Below, piece by piece: positions 6,597 through 15,598 of a stretch of DNA of 20,000 nucleotides. Origin of the DNA: an uncultured virus (IMG/VR IMGVR_UViG_3300028394_000079) (taxonomy: Duplodnaviria; Heunggongvirae; Uroviricota; Caudoviricetes); IMG/VR virus record IMGVR_UViG_3300028394_000079; one strand, 5' to 3'. The position numbers and the translations under genes were made by a program. The notes under the pieces were generated by a model that was not told the origin of the DNA, did not search any database, and saw only the letters and a program-made list of their open reading frames with translations. Within the stretch, counting starts at the first letter, position 1, and every line of letters starts with the position of its first letter.

Positions 6597-9425
6597 TCAG
6601 GCTAGGCCAAGATTCTTTAACAAAGCATTAACGGTGGAAGCACCTTGAGAAGCTTTAAGCAACGCAGAAGGCTCAATACCTTGATAGCTCTGAGCCGCCA
6701 AAGGCAGGCCTTGCAATAAAGACTGTTGGTACTGAACCATCTTATAAGGATTGGCCCTAGCTTCTTCAAACTGTGCTTTGTCTGCGGCAATACCTTCAGA
6801 CTCAATGCCACGTTGTTGACCGCCAGCGGTCAGTTGTGCGTTGAGGTTATTAATGTCGGCTTGGTTCTGTTGAACGCCCAAAGCGCCTTGAGCCGTGGCG
6901 GCTTGTAAGCCTGCCTGTAGACCCTGCAAACCGTAGCCTGCACCGTATTGAGCTTCTTGCATCTTACGGGTCTGATCAGCATTGAACTGCTGTTGTGCAT
7001 TGTTAAACGCAGTGTTATAGCCCTGACCAGTGATATTAGCTAGGTTAGTGCCTAAGTTACGCTGTGTTTCGGCATCAAGGATAGCCTGACGGGAGCCTCC
7101 AAAAGCACCTGCCTGAGTCATCTTGGCGGCATTACCTTGTTGGGTAATCTGAGACTGACGGCGAGCTTCATCTAGTTGAGGATTCAAAGAAGCCTGCAAA
7201 TAGGGGTTCATGTAATTCTGAGCCTGTGCCGCATCAAACGATGTGGTTGTAGGCGTGTACTTCAACCCTTGAGCCGCAGTACCAATAGTTCCTGCGTTTG
7301 TAGCGGCAGTACCAATGCTAGACGGTGTTTGTAGATTGGAAGCATTGCTGAATGCTGAAGTCTGTAAAGGAGATTCACCCGCAGACAACTGACCCATGTA
7401 AGCCTGATAAGGCATGTTAGCCAAGGCTTGGCCTTGACCAAGCATGTTGGTTACATATGGGCCTGCCCAGTTGGATAGGTTAGATTCAACGCCTGCAAGA
7501 CCTGCGCCGTAGTTAGCCGCAGGAGTTCCTGTGGAACCACCATTGTCAAAGTGCTTAACTGAGCCACCTGAAGCGTAAGCTTGAGCCAATCCACCGGGCA
7601 TAAACTTATCAGGGTTGATACGTTTACCTTGTTTCTTTGTACCTGTACGTGCCATACGAATTTTGTCCATCATTTGATAAAGCTTCTTAGCTCCGGCATC
7701 AGAGTTGCCGTTACCCATATGGGAAACCACATCCGCAGGGATAACAAACTCACCATGGCTTAAAGCGGCGGGTTGGTCATTACCAATTTGGGCTGGAAGT
7801 TTATCTGCCATGCCATCTGTTTCACCTTGTAGATAACGACCTTTAGCCATACCACCCTCGGCAAATGCTTCGCTGTAAGGATCATAAAATCCAACCTTAT
7901 TAGAACCAAGAGCCGCATCATATGCGGCCTGAACATCAGCCACATTTGAACCTGTAGCTTGTGCTACTTCGGCTGGAGAATAACCCAAAGCTTGCATGGT
8001 TTCAGCAATACCTCGTGTATTACCAGAGGCAAGTGCGGCTTGTGTTGAGGGGTCGGCAAAATACTGATAAATCTCGCTCATCTTGCCTGAGTTGTCAGGC
8101 GCAGTATTTTGAACCGCTGTAGGTGTTGATGCGGCTTGCACAACATCAGCCACTTTAGTAGGAGGAGGTGGTGTAGAAGTATCCGCTACATTAGTAGTGG
8201 GTAGATAGTTAACAGTAGCCGCCGCAGATGTAGGATTAGCGGTGTAATTTTGCGCCGTGGCAAATTTATTAGCGGCATTGATATCACGTTGATCAAGTCC
8301 CGTAGCCGCTAATGCGGCGGCAACTTCAGCAGAAGAATGACCTGCGGCTTGGTAGTCCAAGATATTCTTGTACAACTGATCTAAGCCCATGTCATTAATG
8401 ATTGCAGATTCTTTGCCAGCAGAGGCTGACAGGCCGTTTAAACCACGGGCAATATCCGCATCATTAACTCCTGCGGCTTTCATTGCATCTTGTATCTCTT
8501 TGTTTGTTGCATATGGGTGTTGAGAAACCCAATCAGCAATCTTGAAATTCAACTCTTGCAAACCTTGACCATGAGTCAAACCATACTTTGTGTAGTCTGA
8601 AAAGTTTGTGGTTCCTAAAGCCGTTTGCAAATCTTCTTGGCTTACGCCAAACTGGCTCATGGCGGCATCAACTTGCGCTTTACTTGCACGGGGATTATCA
8701 ATAAGCCATTGATTAATATTGCCTAAATATTGGGCGGGAGTAAGTCCTGCCGCAATAGCGGCTTGGTATCCCTTAGAACCTAGGTTGGTAGGTGGTGGAG
8801 GCTTAACATCAAGTGGTAAAGGTGTTATTGTTTTGGGTAATGGGGGGGTTACTACTTTTGTGCCACCGGGAGTCACGGTTGTGCCACCGGGAGTTGTGCC
8901 GCCTGCAATAGTGGTTAAACCTCCGGAAGTTGTGTCGCCGGGAGTGGTTAAATTTGCACCAGCCGCAGAACCTGAAGTTCCTGACAGATTGGCATAAGGA
9001 GCTTGACCCGGAGCAAGCGTGTAGGATACATCACCACCATAATCAATCCCACCTGCGCCGGGACGGTAGCCTTGTGCACGGGTAGGAGGAGCGGCAATCA
9101 TTGAACGAGAAGCGGCTAATGTAGGAATAACGCCTTGGTAGCCTGTCTTCTTATCAGCGTTTGTACCGCCACCATAGACACTAGCCAACGCGCCTGCACC
9201 AGTTATAAATGCTTTGTTATCTGTTACAAACTTCTTTAGCCCTGCTATACCAGCAGATGGATCCATCACAGTTTGGTTTGTAAAAACATCACCGCGTGTA
9301 AACGGTGAATTGGGGCCGGTACTAGTGTTGGGGTTGGTATTTGGATCCGTATCTGCGCCGGGGAACGGTGCGGCTACTGTATAACCACCGCCAGCATCTT
9401 CTACGTCATATGCATTTTCATCCAT
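6597..9425 (-). CDS. Probable internal virion / ejection protein (942 aa)
   Basis: AAGGA SD. T/P/G linkers, helical repeats, a DGMADKLPA...LSHGEFVIPADVV domain and a Q/A/G-rich C-terminal half with YMNPY...GAFGGSR, a pattern I recognise from podovirus-like DNA transfer proteins. Confidence 0.78.
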   Translation of the reverse strand: MDENAYDVEDAGGGYTVAAPFPGADTDPNTNPNTSTGPNSPFTRGDVFTNQTVMDPSAGIAGLKKFVTDNKAFITGAGALASVYGGGTNADKKTGYQGVIPTLAASRSMIAAPPTRAQGYRPGAGGIDYGGDVSYTLAPGQAPYANLSGTSGSAAGANLTTPGDTTSGGLTTIAGGTTPGGTTVTPGGTKVVTPPLPKTITPLPLDVKPPPPTNLGSKGYQAAIAAGLTPAQYLGNINQWLIDNPRASKAQVDAAMSQFGVSQEDLQTALGTTNFSDYTKYGLTHGQGLQELNFKIADWVSQHPYATNKEIQDAMKAAGVNDADIARGLNGLSASAGKESAIINDMGLDQLYKNILDYQAAGHSSAEVAAALAATGLDQRDINAANKFATAQNYTANPTSAAATVNYLPTTNVADTSTPPPPTKVADVVQAASTPTAVQNTAPDNSGKMSEIYQYFADPSTQAALASGNTRGIAETMQALGYSPAEVAQATGSNVADVQAAYDAALGSNKVGFYDPYSEAFAEGGMAKGRYLQGETDGMADKLPAQIGNDQPAALSHGEFVIPADVVSHMGNGNSDAGAKKLYQMMDKIRMARTGTKKQGKRINPDKFMPGGLAQAYASGGSVKHFDNGGSTGTPAANYGAGLAGVESNLSNWAGPYVTNMLGQGQALANMPYQAYMGQLSAGESPLQTSAFSNASNLQTPSSIGTAATNAGTIGTAAQGLKYTPTTTSFDAAQAQNYMNPYLQASLNPQLDEARRQSQITQQGNAAKMTQAGAFGGSRQAILDAETQRNLGTNLANITGQGYNTAFNNAQQQFNADQTRKMQEAQYGAGYGLQGLQAGLQAATAQGALGVQQNQADINNLNAQLTAGGQQRGIESEGIAADKAQFEEARANPYKMVQYQQSLLQGLPLAAQSYQGIEPSALLKASQGASTVNALLKNLGLA
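8859..8894. repeat. 15-bp direct repeat (21-bp period) encoding TPGGT linker units
   Basis: tgtgccaccgggagt at 8859-8873 and 8880-8894, with degenerate copies up to about 8945. Confidence 0.8.
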
Positions 9426-11052
9426 TTTGCTTCCTTAGTAAACGAGCAAGAGCATCCATATCCGTAGATGCTTGGTTTTTAGGTGCTCCAAGTGCTCTGA
9501 GCTTGTAAGCTGTATCACCGCCAAACAACTCTTCCATCAATTTTATATTGGCATACGGATCTTGGCTAGGCATTGGTGCGTTTAAACCAAGATTCATTAA
9601 TGCCTGCTCTGTGGTTGTTGTTCCCGGCACAGTTGTTTTTGGCGTAACAGTTGCAGGAATAACCGTCTTGGTTGGAGTAACAGTTTTTGTGTCGCCCGGA
9701 ACGGTAACAGTTTGCAAGATATCATTAAAATCAATATCTGGAAACAACTTGTCAATCTGATCGGAAGTTATCTCATCCGGAATGTCAGACTTAATATCTT
9801 TGGTTCTAAGGCTAGAAATATACGGCGCGGGACGATCACCTGTAATAACCACTTCATCAGGGTTATCTACTGGAACCACATTGCCCTTGGGTGTATCTGT
9901 GGTGGGAACCATAAAGTCGCCAAGGCCTGTAGGCCTATCGCCCGTTACAGTAACAGTGCCTTCATCTGCGGCAGTTTTTCCTTGGCCTTTAAGCAAAGTT
10001 TCAAGCTCCGCAGAACCTTGAATTTCACCCATATTGGCTTCAAGGAATTTAACTAAATCGCCTTGAGACATACCTTTAACATCTGCGGCTGGGTACATCT
10101 CATTAATTAAATCAACAATTCCTTGTGTTGACCCATCATCAGACGCTGGCTGGTTTAAAACTGCGTTTTCAATTTTGTTTAAACGTGCGGTTTCTCGATT
10201 GGCATTACGTTCCGCCTGTTCGCTTGCGGTTAAACCGCTAAAGTCTGTTCCTTTAGCTAAACCTGTAATAGCGTCAAATATCTTTTTGTTATCTCCACTA
10301 CCAAAAGCTTGCGCCGTGTTAACGCCTTTAAGTAAATCGTTAGTGGTAAATCCAGTATCACCAAGTTCAAAGTTGGTTGTCATGTAAGGAGAGGCAATAT
10401 TTGCCGCTCCGGCTAGGGTGGGGTTTTGAGCAAAGTTAATTGCTTTGGTTATATCGCCTATCTTGGCATTTTCAAACGTTTTGCCTAAAGTATCAGCACC
10501 AAAAATATCTGCAAGTTTTGCAGAGCCTGCGCCCGATACACCACCAAGCAATGCGCCTTTAAGGATGTTGCTGTCATTTCCATAAGCGTTTAAACTGCCT
10601 GCCAAAGCTCCGCCAGCGGCTGATGCACCTGCACCTGTCAGGCCAAATAATGCATTTCCTAGCAAAGCATTACCGCCACCCATTGTCATGGCGGCCAGAG
10701 CTAAAGGCCCAAGATCCTTGATCATGGTCTTTAAAAAGTTATCATGATCCATCTTCTCACGTTTAACAACGTTGCCGTCTAAGTCGTAGGAAGTGATGTA
10801 ATCGCCTTCTTGCTTGGCAAAGCCACCAAGTTTTTTGTCAGTGCTATAAATTGGAACGGGCTGATCACCGCCTTCTCCACCGCCTGCACCATCTTGATAT
10901 CCAATAATTTCAGGCGCTTTATCCCAAGCAGTCCATCCTTGCCCATATTGAATAGGTTGGTAATCTACGGTGTCGCCCTGTTCAGATACGCCATGAACGG
11001 CTTCAGTAGCGCCTTTCTCGGCATACAGGGCTTTAAGTTCTTCTAAAGTCAT
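9418..11052 (-). CDS. Probable internal virion protein (about 544 aa; start likely ATG 11052, MTLEELKALY)
   Basis: TAATG coupling with the upstream stop at 11052-11054 favours 11052 over the track's 11067. Gly/Ala-rich hydrophobic segment, acidic Thr/Pro-rich C-terminal region, repeated V-x-[VI]-T-G-D-R-P motif. Confidence 0.75.
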   Translation of the reverse strand: MTLEELKALYAEKGATEAVHGVSEQGDTVDYQPIQYGQGWTAWDKAPEIIGYQDGAGGGEGGDQPVPIYSTDKKLGGFAKQEGDYITSYDLDGNVVKREKMDHDNFLKTMIKDLGPLALAAMTMGGGNALLGNALFGLTGAGASAAGGALAGSLNAYGNDSNILKGALLGGVSGAGSAKLADIFGADTLGKTFENAKIGDITKAINFAQNPTLAGAANIASPYMTTNFELGDTGFTTNDLLKGVNTAQAFGSGDNKKIFDAITGLAKGTDFSGLTASEQAERNANRETARLNKIENAVLNQPASDDGSTQGIVDLINEMYPAADVKGMSQGDLVKFLEANMGEIQGSAELETLLKGQGKTAADEGTVTVTGDRPTGLGDFMVPTTDTPKGNVVPVDNPDEVVITGDRPAPYISSLRTKDIKSDIPDEITSDQIDKLFPDIDFNDILQTVTVPGDTKTVTPTKTVIPATVTPKTTVPGTTTTEQALMNLGLNAPMPSQDPYANIKLMEELFGGDTAYKLRALGAPKNQASTDMDALARLLRKQNG

Positions 11053-11393
11053 TACCCGACCTTCCAATTCGTGCCGTCAGAGTAGACGGGCACTGCCACT
11101 GCCCCGCCAGTCGCAACGGTTGCCCCAAATACAGGAGCTAAAGCATCAGTAACAAAAGACCTTGCACCTTTACCTGAAGTGACTGCGCTAGGTAATGTTG
11201 CTACAGTGTAATTAGTTAACGGTGGGATGATTTCATCTGTCTTAAGCTGACCAAGAATAGCATCAACCCTATTAAAGTACAGGCGTAGTACGTTGTTTAG
11301 CTGATTGGTGTATTGCTGGTTGTACTCAAGCGGAGACAGTGGTAGGTTGGGCGAAGCAACCTGATTGATCTCAAACTCGGATATAACAATCAT
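11052..11393 (-). CDS. Small tail/virion structural protein (113 aa)
   Basis: ATGA-coupled to the nozzle gene. N-terminal PNLPLSPLEY...LRLYFN helix and C-terminal YTVATLPSA...VYSDGTNW module seen in phage tail appendage proteins. Confidence 0.7.
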   Translation of the reverse strand: MIVISEFEINQVASPNLPLSPLEYNQQYTNQLNNVLRLYFNRVDAILGQLKTDEIIPPLTNYTVATLPSAVTSGKGARSFVTDALAPVFGATVATGGAVAVPVYSDGTNWKVG

Positions 11394-13288
11394 GAATTAC
11401 CCCTGCGGCCATCTTGTTTGATGTCAATACGGGGTGAACCCAATTGCCAAGTACACCCAATCTGGCTAGATTCAACTTGAAGAATCATTTGACGGCCTCG
11501 CACCCTAACGTACACCTGACCCGTAAACTGCTCAATCACTGAAGTAGATGTACGGGTTACTGTCGCACTTGAGTTACCGCCCACAGAGACTGGATTGTTA
11601 TACCCGGATCCTGAGTTCTGCATGGGGATTAGTGTCATAGTCACTTGCGGAGAAACCGCGTCAGACCCACGGAATGTAATATCTGGGAGCATTCTCCAGA
11701 CAAATCCAAGATGATCGCCGTCATCAATGTCAAACTCAGCAGAGCCAATTAAAGCGTTAATTGCTACAGGTGTTCCAGTTTCATTGTTGTTTACACCATA
11801 CTCATGGTTTACAAGGTTACCAGTACTTGTGGTTGAGTTGTATGTAGCCGCCAACGGATAATCACGCAAACCCGAATCAAGCCATGCTGTACGACTTAGC
11901 GTTCCATAAGACCAAACATCTTCTGCGTAGTTATAGATTGCGTACAGGTCAATAGCGGTGCTAGTAGCAGAACAATAAAACCACCAGACTTCATTAAAGC
12001 CTTCATTGGTTCCCGCAAACACTTGCGTTGATTGAACTAAGTTAATGTCTTGGTAGATAAAACGAAGTAAATCGCAACGCAAAGTTTGGACTCGCCCGTC
12101 ATATTTATAAAACTTATCTACACCCATCCAATACACAACACCGGAAGCAATTACAGCCGCATTAGGGCTAATAATTGAAATGTTGTCGCCAAGAAGTTGA
12201 GAACTCCATATTACTGGTGGGCCTTGGTATTGCAATGAATAAATAGACGAATCAGTAAATACTACAATTTCTTGCCGAGCTTGGACAACTGTAATAATTT
12301 CTGAGCCGTGAGATAACACCACACTACCAGCTTGATTGATTGTTGCCGGTGTCCAATTTACTACAGATTCTTGATCTGACCAACGGATTAACATAGGGTT
12401 TAGTGTTCCTGAACCAATGTCATTACAACCAAATGCAAATACAAATCTGCTTGTATCAGATACAAAAATAAAATTTTGAACTGTTGGGACATCAGAAGCA
12501 CCGGACAAAGATGAAACAAGAACACCCCTAGTTGTCAAACCAGATGCGGCATCCCAATAATAAATAGGACTCCCACGGTAACTGAAAATTAAATTTTGAC
12601 CAAAATTGCTTTGACTCCAAATGCGAATACTAGATAAAGAAGTACCTCCAGTACCCCACACACCTTGCCCCCAAGTACCACCGCCCCAACCAACAAATGG
12701 GCCAACTATGGCAGGGCCAACACTGATTTGATACGCCGCTACGACAGAAGCACCACCACCGGGAGAGCCAGAAGCATCCGTTGCATTGGCTGTGGCTGAC
12801 GCTGTAAATGTGTATGTATTTGCAGTAAGAACTGTTATTTGATATTCAGCGTTTAACACCGTAGCCGTGATATTCCCGCCCAACCCTATAGCACCACTAA
12901 AAGTAACAAAGTCACCCGTAATAGCACCGTGACTTGTATCTGTTACTGTGATTGTGGCAGAGCCATTTGTAGCTACAAACGGGTTGTTGTTAATTGTGCT
13001 AGATGCCCGAATAGGTGTAATGTCGTTGTATGCGCCGCCGCTCTCAATATAAAACTTTAAGTTAGTGCCAACCCCAACTAAATTTAAAAATCCAAGAGTG
13101 ACCCAATTCCACAAAGAACGACAAACACCTAAGAATGTTGCCGCTGATATGCGTTCCCAACCACCAATTTTTTCAGGCGTACCTTGGCGAAACCGCACTT
13201 TATCGGATTCATACCAACCATTTTCATTGGTATAACGGGTGTTTTCTTTGTTTACACCAGCTTTCAAAGTTAGTTTTTTAAGTGCCAT
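11390..13288 (-). CDS. Tail nozzle / DNA stabilisation protein (P22 gp10 or tail tubular B-like beta-propeller), 632 aa
   Basis: Starts with GWYESDKVRFRQGTPEKIGGW. Trp-rich beta-strand repeats, IRWSDQE motif, inserted T/A/G-rich beta domain, C-terminal RVRGRQ...DIKQDGRR. Immediately precedes the ejection proteins. Confidence 0.75.
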   Translation of the reverse strand: MALKKLTLKAGVNKENTRYTNENGWYESDKVRFRQGTPEKIGGWERISAATFLGVCRSLWNWVTLGFLNLVGVGTNLKFYIESGGAYNDITPIRASSTINNNPFVATNGSATITVTDTSHGAITGDFVTFSGAIGLGGNITATVLNAEYQITVLTANTYTFTASATANATDASGSPGGGASVVAAYQISVGPAIVGPFVGWGGGTWGQGVWGTGGTSLSSIRIWSQSNFGQNLIFSYRGSPIYYWDAASGLTTRGVLVSSLSGASDVPTVQNFIFVSDTSRFVFAFGCNDIGSGTLNPMLIRWSDQESVVNWTPATINQAGSVVLSHGSEIITVVQARQEIVVFTDSSIYSLQYQGPPVIWSSQLLGDNISIISPNAAVIASGVVYWMGVDKFYKYDGRVQTLRCDLLRFIYQDINLVQSTQVFAGTNEGFNEVWWFYCSATSTAIDLYAIYNYAEDVWSYGTLSRTAWLDSGLRDYPLAATYNSTTSTGNLVNHEYGVNNNETGTPVAINALIGSAEFDIDDGDHLGFVWRMLPDITFRGSDAVSPQVTMTLIPMQNSGSGYNNPVSVGGNSSATVTRTSTSVIEQFTGQVYVRVRGRQMILQVESSQIGCTWQLGSPRIDIKQDGRRGNS

Positions 13289-13291
13289 CGG

Positions 13292-13735
13292 TTAATCCAA
13301 CAAAGCGCACTCAGCCGTGCGGCGTTTAAACAGACCCGGCAGTACCCGACCGCCACCTTTAGTCCAGAGCATCAGTTGTTCTTTTGCGCCTTCCCAATCA
13401 TTGGCATTGATTTTCCTCTTTAACGTAGATGTTTGCAAGCGTCCTGTGCCTAGGTTGTAGCAGAAGTCCACGATGGCGTTGCACTTACGTACGTCAGTAA
13501 TCAAGCCGGGGCAGTTACGCAGAACACCGGGTAGGTACGTGTGCTCAAGCTCAATCATTAAAAGCGCCCTAGCCGTAGGTTCGTCCATCGGAGCGTCTTC
13601 CAAAGTTACCTTGCGTTTGTCTGCGTAGTAGGTAGAACCGTAGCCAATCGTAGCCACGCCAGCCGGACAAAGGTAGGGCTTAGCCCGATACCCTTCATAC
13701 CGGCGGCACAGTTCAGCGGCTAGTTCTAGGTTCAT
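13292..13735 (-). CDS. Phage lysozyme / endolysin, glycoside hydrolase family 24 (147 aa)
   Basis: YEGYRAKPYLCPAGVATIGYG gives an E-x8-C-x5-T triad. Also AIVDFCYNLG, STLKRKIN and GGRVLPGLFKRRTAE. Confidence 0.95.
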   Translation of the reverse strand: MNLELAAELCRRYEGYRAKPYLCPAGVATIGYGSTYYADKRKVTLEDAPMDEPTARALLMIELEHTYLPGVLRNCPGLITDVRKCNAIVDFCYNLGTGRLQTSTLKRKINANDWEGAKEQLMLWTKGGGRVLPGLFKRRTAECALLD

Positions 13736-13848
13736 TCTTGTTCAAGATGCTCTTGTTCGGCTTCTCTTGCCTCGTCTTCAAGAATCTCTTCAAATCCACA
13801 GGTGCATGGGCCGTCTTCGTGAACTAAACAGTTGTTTGCGTGTGCCAT
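13732..13848 (-). CDS. 38-aa His/Cys-rich acidic peptide MAHANNCLVHEDGPCTCGFEEILEDEAREAEQEHLEQE
   Basis: Below the ORF-track cutoff. ATG 13846-13848 directly follows the holin stop and TGA 13732-13734 overlaps the lysozyme ATG (ATGA), so it fills the gap exactly. Confidence 0.75.
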   Translation of the reverse strand: MAHANNCLVHEDGPCTCGFEEILEDEAREAEQEHLEQE

Positions 13849-14343
13849 TTAAATACCCCTTTGCTTTAAAGTACGATCAAGAAACCAATAGTTAATTGTC
13901 CCAGACAACAGGGCTGAGAAGTCAGGTGTCATCATGGTCTTAAACACTTCTACGGCAGGCGCACCGGCAAGCCATGCGTTCCATGCAAACCATACGTGGA
14001 TGAACGACCAAACAAACAGCACCCAATAGGTAACCACCGGACGGACAGAAGCTGAAAGGCTGGCTACCCAACCGCCTGCGGCTTTGACCATCTCGGCCTG
14101 CTGGGTGATGGCGTTGTTAAACGCATCCATAACACCTACGTCAATAGCGGCTTCACGCTGTGCGCCAATCTCAGCCAATTTCTGCTGGCCGCGCTGGGCT
14201 TCCAAGTCGCATTGGTTTTTGAACATTGCCAACTCGTGCTGGCGTTCGTTCTTCTTGTCAAAATATTTGAGCACTTCGGGGGCCATACGGAACAGCCCAC
14301 CAAAGATGGAACCCATCAGTCCACCGGAAAGAATATCAAGCAT
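13849..14343 (-). CDS. Holin, 3TM (GTA_holin_3TM-like), 164 aa
   Basis: AAGGAG SD. Gly-rich hydrophobic N-terminus, coiled coil, SVRPVVTY followed by TM segments and terminal YWFLDR..K. Next to the lysozyme. Confidence 0.8.
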   Translation of the reverse strand: MLDILSGGLMGSIFGGLFRMAPEVLKYFDKKNERQHELAMFKNQCDLEAQRGQQKLAEIGAQREAAIDVGVMDAFNNAITQQAEMVKAAGGWVASLSASVRPVVTYWVLFVWSFIHVWFAWNAWLAGAPAVEVFKTMMTPDFSALLSGTINYWFLDRTLKQRGI

Positions 14344-14352
14344 GGTTACTCC

Positions 14353-15075
14353 TTATTTAGCCATTTCAGTGGCGGCTAGGTTGATACGGGTTTTGACTGC
14401 GCCAAGGTCTTGTGGTTCTTTGGTAAAGCCCACAGAGATGTACCCCTCAAATGCACCCATTTCAGGTGGTATTGAACCACGGCAGATGTAGCCTACGCCT
14501 TGTTTCTCTTCCCAGTCTGATGTTTTACCAGAGGCCACAAGCTTATCGCAATGCACCTCGCCATTCATCATTGCAATTACGGCAGAGTTACGGGTGGCAT
14601 CTTTGCCAAACAAGGTAGAGTTATAGCCATCAAGCGTTATGTCTCGACCCTTTGGGCCATACGCAAGTAGCGTAATCCGGCTATTAACTACCAGAGCTAC
14701 TTTGTGAACCAGCACAGTCTCAGCTTCTAAGTCTTTCTTCAGTTTTTCAGCTATGTGCTCCAGCACTTTGATTTCTTTAAGCTGGGGCTGGTGGCTTGAG
14801 CTTGTAATGGCGTTCAAAATGACTGTACGTGAGTCCCAAGCAAAATAACCCGCAAAGAACAAGAACGACAGCAGGATAACCGTAAACAACTTGAAAGGAT
14901 TGTCCACCCATTCAATTAAACCAATCACTTTACCAACGGTGCTGTCGTCTTTCTTAGCTTCAGGCTTGACAGGGGCTGGCTCAGAAATAGATACATTGAT
15001 TATCTGTTCTGGTTTGGGCTTGGGTGTACGCTGTTTGACAGGCGCTACCTTGGCTGGGGGTTTCTTTGTAACCAT
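14353..15075 (-). CDS. Single-TM membrane protein with C-terminal alpha/beta (GAF-like) domain, reminiscent of T4 holin T (240 aa)
   Basis: Basic Pro-rich N-terminus, TM LFTVILLSFLFFAGYFAW, then an about 160-aa domain with two Cys ending ICRGSIPP...FEGYISVGF...RINLAATEMAK. The CDS is secure; the fold is inferred. Confidence 0.6.
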   Translation of the reverse strand: MVTKKPPAKVAPVKQRTPKPKPEQIINVSISEPAPVKPEAKKDDSTVGKVIGLIEWVDNPFKLFTVILLSFLFFAGYFAWDSRTVILNAITSSSHQPQLKEIKVLEHIAEKLKKDLEAETVLVHKVALVVNSRITLLAYGPKGRDITLDGYNSTLFGKDATRNSAVIAMMNGEVHCDKLVASGKTSDWEEKQGVGYICRGSIPPEMGAFEGYISVGFTKEPQDLGAVKTRINLAATEMAK

Positions 15076-15311
15076 TACACGTATACATCCAGTTTGCGGT
15101 TGTTAAATATCTCCATACGGAGCCGGTCTTGCACTGTCTTCTTGCAGTAAATCTCAAACCCTATGTCTTGCAACTGCACCTGTTTCTGTTTGGCTAACTC
15201 ATTTGCCTTGTTAACTTCATGCTGTCTTTCCATCTTTTTCTGAGCAAGGTCATGCTTGTCTGGATACCCAGACGGCTGAACGGTCGGAAATAATTTGATG
15301 GTGTCGATCAT
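15075..15311 (-). CDS. Hypothetical soluble helical protein (78 aa)
   Basis: Coupled on both sides (ATGA upstream, TAATG downstream). Charged coiled-coil-like sequence ending KLDVYV. Confidence 0.75.
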   Translation of the reverse strand: MIDTIKLFPTVQPSGYPDKHDLAQKKMERQHEVNKANELAKQKQVQLQDIGFEIYCKKTVQDRLRMEIFNNRKLDVYV

Positions 15312-15595
15312 TTCTTTTCACGCTCTTGTGCCTCTTTGTACCCATGAATGACTAACTCTCTAATCTTTGGTGAGTCTGCCGTTCCCGCCCATTCGCCCAG
15401 ATTGTTCCAGATGACCACGTAATCCGTTGTCTTGCAATAGGGCGCATTCTTGTCGAGCCACGCTACCATCTCTCTGTGCCGCAGGGTTGGGTCGTGGACT
15501 GTGTAAGCAATCCCATAGAACTCGCGCACATGGCATCCGCTCTTGGCTACGGCTCCAACTAGCCCCAACAGCAGTAACAGTATGAGCCAACGCAT
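15308..15595 (-). CDS. Hypothetical secreted/periplasmic protein (95 aa)
   Basis: Signal-like MRWLILLLLLGLVGAVA with AxA site and two Cys in the mature part. Tightly packed with its neighbours. Confidence 0.78.
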   Translation of the reverse strand: MRWLILLLLLGLVGAVAKSGCHVREFYGIAYTVHDPTLRHREMVAWLDKNAPYCKTTDYVVIWNNLGEWAGTADSPKIRELVIHGYKEAQEREKK

Positions 15596-15598
15596 TTA

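Noticed and set aside
15530..15595. 95-aa protein as a lipoprotein o-spanin (AKSGC)
   Set aside because: Lys at -3 breaks the lipobox, an AVA signal peptidase I site precedes it, and the mature region is not Pro-rich.
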